Source: a candidate division WOR-3 bacterium
GTDB lineage: Bacteria > Hydrothermota > Tepidihabitantia > Tepidihabitantales > Tepidihabitantaceae
NCBI GenBank assembly: GCA_965648935.1
Contig: CBFGIY010000077.1
Coordinates: 1 to 10,700 of the forward strand
DNA: 10,700 bases
Direction: 5' to 3'
Part shown: positions 1-6,151 of the stretch, in pieces
Layout of the letters: each line of letters begins with the position of its first letter
Numbering within the stretch: the first letter of the stretch is position 1
Position numbers and translations under genes: made by a program
Notes under the pieces: model-generated
What the model was told of the DNA's origin: nothing
Database searches by the model: none
Seen by the model: only the letters and a program-made list of their open reading frames with translations

Positions 1-350
1 GGGCAGTGGGTTACTTCCGGTATGAGACGCGCGAGCAGTTGCTGCTGCTCAACCGGCTGTACCGGGTATTGCGGCCGTACACCAACTTCTTCCAGCCGAC
101 GGTCAAGCTGGTAAGCAAGACCCGGTACGGCAGTACGGTCAGCAAGCGTTACGACCGGGCGCAAACACCGTATCAGCGGTTGCTGGGATGGAAAGAACTG
201 CCTGAAGCCGACCGCGTCCGGCTGGCAGAAGAGTATGGGTCGCTGAACCCGGCGGCGTTGAAGCGTGAGTGCGAGCGGCTGCAGCGGCGGCTACTGAAGC
301 TGGTGGAGAGCCAGAAGGTGTCTGCACCATCAGGCCGCACTGGACAATGA
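1..350 (+). CDS. C-terminal part of a DDE/rve-integrase-type transposase (ISNCY/IS481-like), 5' end outside the window
   Basis: Translation GYFRYETREQLLLLNRLY...YTNFFQPTVKLVSKTRYGSTVSKRYDRAQTPYQRLL...LNPAALKR matches the recognisable GYxRY / NFFQP / YDxxxTPYQRLL C-terminus of this transposase group. Stop TGA at 348-350. Confidence 0.85.
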   Translation, partial: AVGYFRYETREQLLLLNRLYRVLRPYTNFFQPTVKLVSKTRYGSTVSKRYDRAQTPYQRLLGWKELPEADRVRLAEEYGSLNPAALKRECERLQRRLLKLVESQKVSAPSGRTGQ

Positions 351-359
351 GGCGGATTC

Positions 360-420
360 GAGTAGAAATCTATTTTGAGGCAACGGGGCGCGCCGGAGTA
401 GGCCCATATATGAGGCAACA
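360..420 (+). repeat. Two subterminal direct repeats GAGTAG-N9/10-TGAGGCAAC (putative transposase-binding sites)
   Basis: GAGTAG 360-365 + TGAGGCAAC 376-384; GAGTAG 396-401 + TGAGGCAAC 411-419. Confidence 0.75.
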
Positions 421-433
421 GGTGTCACGGGAC

Positions 434-462
434 TTGACCGCTGGGTCATGTTGCGCTATTCT
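434..462 (+). promoter_or_regulatory. Putative sigma70 promoter
   Basis: TTGACC (434-439), 17-nt spacer, TATTCT (457-462). An inverted repeat TGACC-gctg-GGTCA (435-448) overlaps the -35 box. Confidence 0.55.
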
Positions 463-468
463 GCGGAG

Positions 469-580
469 CAAGGTGTCGAAGACCCCCGCTAATGGACAAA
501 CACAGGGGTGCGGGGGCCTTCGCCGCGCAGCTCGGCGCGGTTGCATGTTTGGATGAAGGACTTCCGCACCCCATTCAACG
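469..580 (+). ncRNA. Candidate structured RNA or IS-end-derived element with alternative helices; family unknown
   Basis: Segment 505-522 can pair with 477-489 (12/13) or with 555-572 (17 bp, 2 G-U, one bulge). Inner hairpin 523-528/535-540. Lies directly after the predicted promoter. Confidence 0.35.
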
Positions 581-721
581 TCGGTCCGGCGCGGGCCGGC
601 GGTCAATCCTTCGGCTGGAATATCAGGTCAGCCTGCTGTCACGCAGTGGATGCGGCACGGTCGTCGGCCCTCCCCAGCCGACTGCCGATATCTATTCTCC
701 TCGAACCAGCGCATAAGTCAA

Positions 722-777
722 CTGCTGACCGCTATTCGCCATTCGCCACTTGCGCTTCACCTTTAGCCTCTCACCGT
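722..777. repeat. Degenerate 7-bp tandem repeat tract
   Basis: CTGCTGA CCGCTAT TCGCCAT TCGCCAC TTGCGCT TCACCTT TAGCCTC TCACCGT in exact 7-nt register. Confidence 0.6.
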
Positions 778-839
778 CCCCCGTCTCGACCTTTGGCCTG
801 CCTGCGGTCGAGTCCCAATTTCCGGGCGACCGGGCAGGC

Positions 840-867
840 TTGACATTGAGCGCCGGACTTCTATTAT
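840..867 (+). promoter_or_regulatory. sigma70 promoter of glyS, predicted leaderless transcript
   Basis: Perfect TTGACA (840-845), 16-nt spacer, TATTAT (862-867), then 7 nt to the GTG start at 875. No Shine-Dalgarno sequence. Confidence 0.7.
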
Positions 868-874
868 CCAACCC

Positions 875-2950
875 GTGCCCAGATTGCTTGTCGAGATCGG
901 TACTGAGGAAATCCCGGCGTCGTTTCTTGAGCCGGCCGCAACCGAGCTGAAGCGCCGGGTGCTTGCGCTGCTGGCCGAGCACCTGCTTCCCGGCGCCGAG
1001 GCCCGTTCGTTCTACACGCCCCGCCGTATCGTCCTGCTAATCAAAGAGGTCGCCGAGTCCCGGCCAGCCCAGGTCATTGAGTTGCAGGGCCCGCCGCGCA
1101 AGGCCGCGTTTGATGCCGCGGGCCAGCCCACCCGAACTGCCCAGGGCTTCAGTGCTGCCCATGGCAGGACAACTGCTGACCTCTACGTCAAGACCACGCC
1201 CAAGGGCGAGTACGCTTTTCTCAGGAAGGAAGTGCCGCCGGTACCAACCCGGAAGGTGCTGGAAGAGCACCTGGGCAGCATCATCACGACCATTCCTTTT
1301 CCCAAGAGTATGCGCTGGGGTGCGACCGAGCTGCGTTTTGCCCGGCCGATTCGCTGGCTTGTCTGCCTGCTTGGCAGTGAGGTCGTGCCGGTCCGGCTCG
1401 ACGGTCTCAGGTCAGGCAACCAGACTGAAGGGTTACGCACGGCCTGCCCGCGCACGTTCTCAGTCCCAAGTGCCGACGAGTACGAGGCCCTGCTCGCAAC
1501 CTATCGGGTGATTGTCAGCCATGAGGCAAGACGCAGTCTGATTGCCGGCCAACTGAGCGGGCTGGCCGAGAGTGTTCAGGGTCTGCCCGTGCCGGATGAT
1601 GAACTGCTCGACGAGACCGCTGATATCACCGAGTCGCCGCAGGCTCTGCTCTGCTCGTTTGCTCGTGAGCATCTTACCCTGCCGGCCGAAGTGGTCACAA
1701 CCGCGCTGAAGAAGCACCAGCGCTGCTTTGCGATTCAGTCGCCTGACCAGCGCCTGCTCCCCTGGTTCGTGGCCGTGACGAACAACCCGGACTGTGACCA
1801 GAAGACCGTGGCCACGTGGTACGAGAAGGCGGCTGAGTCGCGGCTGCGCGATGCCCGTTTCTTTTTCACGAGCGACCTGGCACGCGGGCTTGAGCCGCTG
1901 GTCGAAGCTGAACGCCAGGTCGTCTGGATTGAGGGCATGGGGACTTACTACGACAAGACTGCTCGGCTGCGCGCTCTCTGCCGGCTGCTCGCGGCCCGGG
2001 TGCCGGAAGCAGACCCGGCCCTGCTCGACCGTGCCGCCTTTCTGTCCAAGACCGACCTGCTCACCGACATGGTTCGGGAAAAGGAATACACCTCGCTTCA
2101 GGGTGTGGTCGGCGGCATCTATGCCCGGTTACTCGGCGAGCCGGCAGACGTGGCCGATGCCATCAGCGAGCACTATCTGCCCAAGGCGGTCGGTGACACC
2201 CTGCCCAGGACTCTGCTCGGCGCCCTGCTGTCGATTGCTGATAAGGTGGACAATATCGTTGCCACTTTCCTGACCGGCGCGATTCCCTCCGGCTCAGAAG
2301 ACCCGTTTGCTCTCCGCCGCCAGGCAACCGGACTCCTGACCATGGTGCTCGAGCGCAATCTGCTCGTGGACGTCAGTGACCTAATCGACACTGCTGCGGC
2401 CGCATTTCCGGATGCCTCTCCTGAGTACCAGGCCCTGCTGCCTGATTTCCTTCGCGAGCGGCTTGCCGCCCTGCTGGCCGAGCGCGGCGTGCGCTACGAT
2501 GTAGCCAATGCGGTCCTGGCCGACTACTGGTCGGTGCCGACCGAGGCCCTGAGACGCTGCCAGGCGCTGACCGGACTGCGCTCGCGGCCCGGGTTCGAAC
2601 AATTGATTATCGGGCAGAAGCGCGTTGCTAATATCCTGCGCGGCCTTGACGTCTCAGGCCTGCCGGAGCCTGACAAGCTGGTCGAGCCGACCGAGAAGCT
2701 GCTCTGGCAGGAGGCGAAAGCTCTCGAACCCGCCCTTGACCAGGCCCTGGCCCGGGCAGCGTACGACGAGGCATTTGAACTGCTGCTCGGTCTGCGCGGA
2801 ACCATCGACCGGTTTTTCGACGACGTATTGGTCATGGCCGAGGACGAGAGAGTCCGCGCCAACCGGCTCCGGCTGCTCGCCTTTGTTCGCTCGCTGTTCC
2901 GTCGCGTGGCCGACCTCTCCTCTATCGTCCTCGAAGGCGAGTCGAGCTGA
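875..2950 (+). CDS. glyS: Glycine--tRNA ligase beta subunit
   Basis: 691 aa with LLVEIGTEEIPA, GPP, FPKSMRWG..FARPIRWLV, RLRDARFF, LQG..G..YA, EHYLP, PSGSEDPFALRR and C-terminal FFDDVLVM.ED...R.NRL.LL motifs. Confidence 0.97.
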   Translation: MPRLLVEIGTEEIPASFLEPAATELKRRVLALLAEHLLPGAEARSFYTPRRIVLLIKEVAESRPAQVIELQGPPRKAAFDAAGQPTRTAQGFSAAHGRTTADLYVKTTPKGEYAFLRKEVPPVPTRKVLEEHLGSIITTIPFPKSMRWGATELRFARPIRWLVCLLGSEVVPVRLDGLRSGNQTEGLRTACPRTFSVPSADEYEALLATYRVIVSHEARRSLIAGQLSGLAESVQGLPVPDDELLDETADITESPQALLCSFAREHLTLPAEVVTTALKKHQRCFAIQSPDQRLLPWFVAVTNNPDCDQKTVATWYEKAAESRLRDARFFFTSDLARGLEPLVEAERQVVWIEGMGTYYDKTARLRALCRLLAARVPEADPALLDRAAFLSKTDLLTDMVREKEYTSLQGVVGGIYARLLGEPADVADAISEHYLPKAVGDTLPRTLLGALLSIADKVDNIVATFLTGAIPSGSEDPFALRRQATGLLTMVLERNLLVDVSDLIDTAAAAFPDASPEYQALLPDFLRERLAALLAERGVRYDVANAVLADYWSVPTEALRRCQALTGLRSRPGFEQLIIGQKRVANILRGLDVSGLPEPDKLVEPTEKLLWQEAKALEPALDQALARAAYDEAFELLLGLRGTIDRFFDDVLVMAEDERVRANRLRLLAFVRSLFRRVADLSSIVLEGESS

Positions 2951-2953
2951 GCC

Positions 2954-3439
2954 GTGCCCTGGGCAGAGAGTAGCCGCCGCGCGGTCGGTCATCTGCTCTT
3001 GGCGTGCCTCTTGACTGCCTGTCGGCCACCAACTGCATCACCGCCCAGGAAACCTGAACTTGAGGTCCCGTCTCCGGCCGCCATCCAACTGCTCATCAAG
3101 GGGAAACAGGTCGGGGCCGAGGTTGTTCGTGAGGAACAGGAACGCGCCCGCGGCCTGATGTTTCGCCAGAGTCTGGCCCCTGATTCCGGGATGCTGTTTG
3201 TGTTCGACCAGGACGAGGTTCTCCGCTTCTGGATGAAGAATACTTTCATCCCACTGTCGATTGCCTTCATCGACCGGACCGGAGTGATTTCCAATATCCT
3301 CGAGATGGCCCCGCACGACACAACCACACCCTACCGCTCGACCCGGCCGGTTCGATTTGCCCTGGAGATGAACTCAGGCTGGTTCCACGCGCAGGGAATC
3401 CGGGCCGGTGACACTGTCCTCGGCCTGCCTGCGCCCTAG
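2954..3439 (+). CDS. DUF192 family protein, probable lipoprotein
   Basis: ERARGLMFR, GMLFVF, FWMKNTFIPLSIAFID, ALEMNSGW, GIRAGD motifs. Hydrophobic N-terminus ending in lipobox-like LLTAC. Confidence 0.92.
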   Translation: MPWAESSRRAVGHLLLACLLTACRPPTASPPRKPELEVPSPAAIQLLIKGKQVGAEVVREEQERARGLMFRQSLAPDSGMLFVFDQDEVLRFWMKNTFIPLSIAFIDRTGVISNILEMAPHDTTTPYRSTRPVRFALEMNSGWFHAQGIRAGDTVLGLPAP

Positions 3440-3445
3440 CGCCGG

Positions 3446-4474
3446 ATGCACGGGTCAAGGCGCAGCACGACAGGCAGCAGAAAAGTCGACGCCTTTGCCG
3501 GCCTGACTCTCGCAATACTCCTGACCCAACTGGCATGTCCGTCGCAGGTAGCGCAACCTGCGGCTGGTTCGGCGCGGCCGGCAACAGACGGCTCGGATAT
3601 CGCGGTGCTACGCGAGGCCGAGCTGGCACAGCATGGAACTTCGGCCGGCGAGCTCCGGGCCGAAGACGGAACGTGTCTGTTCTATCGCTGCTGGGCAACC
3701 CAGGACAGCGCCGGTCAAGCAAAGGTTCTGGTCCTCGTGCACGGCATCGGCGAGCACAGCCTGCCTTATGCTCAACTCGCCTCGCACCTTGCCGGTCAGG
3801 GAGTCACGGTCTATGCGCTCGACTTAAGAGGACACGGGCTGTCCGACGGCCCACGCGGCACGCAGCGCCTGCGCACCGTGCTCAGCGATGTCCGCGCTCT
3901 TGTTCGATACGTGCGCCAGGCCAACCCGGATGCCCGGCTGTTTCTACTCGGCGAAAGCATGGGCGGAGCGTTTGCCCTGCGCTACGCTTATGAACACCAG
4001 GCTGACCTTGACGGCCTGATACTGGTCGCGCCTGCACTTGAGGTCGCGGACCGCATGGTCTGGAGACCTCAGAATCTGCCCCTTCTCCCCTGCCTTATCT
4101 TCTGTCGGGACCGGCCTGTGTTCTGGCTCGGCGGAGCGCCCCTGGAATTGAGTTCAGCCGACTCATCGTTCAAGGCGGAGCGGGCACAAGACCCGCTCGC
4201 CCTGATGCACGTCAGTGCCAACTACCTGCTGGCTGTGGCCGATGCGACACGCAACTGGCGCAGCCTGGCTTCAAGCATCAGCCTGCCGACTCTCATACTC
4301 CAGGGCGGACAGGACTACGTCCTGAAATCGCACGCTGCCCGCACCCTGCACAGTCGTCTGGCCAGCGCCGACAAACGGCTTTTCTGGCTGCCTGAAGCAT
4401 ACCACACGTTGCTCTGGGACCAGTGCACGGGCCGGGTGTTTGCGGCCATTGGCTCCTGGCTGCTGGAACGCTAG
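3446..4474 (+). CDS. Alpha/beta hydrolase (lysophospholipase/monoacylglycerol lipase, Hydrolase_4-like), possibly exported
   Basis: VHGIGEHS, DLRGHGLS, nucleophile GESMGG, acid in QGGQD, His in AYHTLL. N-terminal hydrophobic stretch ending QLAC. Confidence 0.92.
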   Translation: MHGSRRSTTGSRKVDAFAGLTLAILLTQLACPSQVAQPAAGSARPATDGSDIAVLREAELAQHGTSAGELRAEDGTCLFYRCWATQDSAGQAKVLVLVHGIGEHSLPYAQLASHLAGQGVTVYALDLRGHGLSDGPRGTQRLRTVLSDVRALVRYVRQANPDARLFLLGESMGGAFALRYAYEHQADLDGLILVAPALEVADRMVWRPQNLPLLPCLIFCRDRPVFWLGGAPLELSSADSSFKAERAQDPLALMHVSANYLLAVADATRNWRSLASSISLPTLILQGGQDYVLKSHAARTLHSRLASADKRLFWLPEAYHTLLWDQCTGRVFAAIGSWLLER

Positions 4475-4483
4475 CTTTCCGGG

Positions 4484-6148
4484 TCAGCGGATGCTGCCTG
4501 ACGGCAGGGTCGCCGGTGCACCAGCCAAAAGACTCCGGGCAATCGCCGAGTAGGGTGAACCCGGATAGTCAAGCACCAGCGCCTCAAGCCGCTGCCTGAA
4601 CCCGGCCGGGTCAGCCAGTTCGTCCCGGACAATCCGCGCCGCCTCAAGTCTGGCTCTGGGTCTGAGCGGACTTGACGGGAATCGGTGCTCAAAGCTGTCG
4701 AGCACCGCCACTGCCCGGGCCGACTGCCGCTCACTCACCAGGAACCGGGCAGTGAGCAGTTCGGCTGCTTCGGCCACCGGGCCGCTGCCCTGGGCCAGGG
4801 TCTGGGCGCGACGTGTGCCCGCCGCGAAGGCACGGGTTTCAAGCTCGAACATTGCCCGGGCAAGCTCGGCCAGAGCCGTGCTGTCCGACCTGGCTACTCT
4901 GGTCAGCAGCAGCAGTTCCAGCCCGTCGTTCGCCAGCTCGCTCTGCGGCATGGTGCGCACCAGTTGGCTTGCGTAGTACGCGGCTGAGTCGAACGCAGCT
5001 TCAACAAAGAAGCTGCGGGCAACCAGCAGTAGCTCGCGGTCCTGCAGTCGATCGAGCCGTCGGACAAAGGTGCGGGCCTGCCTTGCCTCGCCCAGGCCCA
5101 GTTGGGCCCGGGCCATGCCGAAAAGGGCTGGTGCGTGTCCGGGGTTCTGTTTGAGGACCTGATTATAGGCTGCGGCCGCAGCCTGGAAGTCGCCATCGTC
5201 GAGCATCAGTTCGGCAAGTTCGAACTGAGCACCCGGGCCAGGGTCACGGGACAAGGCTTCCCGCGCCTCGGCCATCCGGCCCAGGCGCCTTAAGACCTGG
5301 GCCGCGCGGGTGTGTGCGGCCAGCGCCCGATAGGCCGCGAGCGCCGCTTCCAGTCGGCCTTCGGTCTCCCAGTCCTGTGCCTGCCGGAAAAGCTCCTGGT
5401 CGGCCAACGCGGTCCTGAGCAGTTGCACTGCGTCGGCATTCCGACCAAGCGCGACCATGACTGCAGCCTGGGCCCGGGCCCGGGTCTTGACCGGGCTGAG
5501 CTTGTCCAGCTCGGCAATGAGCGCACGTGTATCAACCTTGCCGGCATAGGCGGACAACTTCTGAGTATAGGCATTGACTTCATCAGGCCGACGTTGAAGA
5601 ATTGCCACCACCTCGCGCACCGCGGCCTGATGCTGGCCCAGTTCTTCATACAGCGGAATAAGCCGCTCGGCGAAGAGCAGGTCGGTTCCGGCACGTTCCC
5701 GAGCCTGACGGTACAGCGTCACTGCTTCTGCCCGCTCCTTGTGCCGGACCGCAATGTCGGCCAGCTCAGGAAGCAGGGACGGGCTGGCCCGGGCCACGCG
5801 CCGCAGTTCTGCCCGGGCTTCAGAGACACGGCCCAGACCAAACAACCCTTCAACCACGCCGAGGGCGAAGTCAGGCCGGTCCTGATGTGCCGCGAGCAGC
5901 CGCCGACTGAGCGCCAGCAGCGAGTCTGACCGCCCGACCTCCTGGGCCAGCCGCACCAGTCCGGAGAGTGCCAGCCGGTCCCCGGGATTCGCCACCACCA
6001 CCTGTCGGTACTCATCAAACGCCGCAGCCAGTTGACCGGCCCCCTCAAGCATCTGAGCGCTGCGCACCGACTGAGCCGCGCCCATGTTCCAGACCAAGGC
6101 CAGCACTGCGCTGGCCCGCCTGACAATGAACTGGTAATGACCGGCCAT
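4484..6148 (-). CDS. Tetratricopeptide repeat protein with probable signal peptide
   Basis: 554 aa Ala/Leu-rich helical repeats, e.g. AQFELAELMLDDGDFQAAAAAYNQVLKQNPGHAPALFGMARA. C-terminal FPSSPL/YPGSPY TPR-type turns. Starts 3 nt after the upstream stop. Confidence 0.88.
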   Translation of the reverse strand: MAGHYQFIVRRASAVLALVWNMGAAQSVRSAQMLEGAGQLAAAFDEYRQVVVANPGDRLALSGLVRLAQEVGRSDSLLALSRRLLAAHQDRPDFALGVVEGLFGLGRVSEARAELRRVARASPSLLPELADIAVRHKERAEAVTLYRQARERAGTDLLFAERLIPLYEELGQHQAAVREVVAILQRRPDEVNAYTQKLSAYAGKVDTRALIAELDKLSPVKTRARAQAAVMVALGRNADAVQLLRTALADQELFRQAQDWETEGRLEAALAAYRALAAHTRAAQVLRRLGRMAEAREALSRDPGPGAQFELAELMLDDGDFQAAAAAYNQVLKQNPGHAPALFGMARAQLGLGEARQARTFVRRLDRLQDRELLLVARSFFVEAAFDSAAYYASQLVRTMPQSELANDGLELLLLTRVARSDSTALAELARAMFELETRAFAAGTRRAQTLAQGSGPVAEAAELLTARFLVSERQSARAVAVLDSFEHRFPSSPLRPRARLEAARIVRDELADPAGFRQRLEALVLDYPGSPYSAIARSLLAGAPATLPSGSIR

Positions 6149-6151
6149 TGC

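Larger units (their letters stand above)
1..420 (+). mobile_element. Right end of the insertion sequence carrying the rve-type transposase
   Basis: Transposase stop is followed by two subterminal repeats and a terminal ...GAGGCAACA (420), i.e. a 5'-TGT end on the other strand, as in IS481-like elements. Confidence 0.7.

Noticed and set aside
707..734. dif/Xer site (GCGCATAA resembles the XerC arm)
   Set aside because: The XerD arm 6 nt later (TGCTGACCGCT) does not resemble TTATGTTAAAT.
470..840. CRISPR array after a leader-like palindrome
   Set aside because: No 25-40-bp repeats at regular spacing and no cas genes in the window.
421..874. T-box or glycine riboswitch upstream of glyS
   Set aside because: No GGTGGNACCGCG T-box, no U-tailed terminator and no glycine aptamer core. 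The predicted glyS promoter leaves no leader.
370..982. Short ORFs in the IS-glyS intergenic region (492-716, 508-843, 370-606, 692-982, 750-950)
   Set aside because: No recognisable motifs, no well-placed RBS, and they read through hairpins and repeats.
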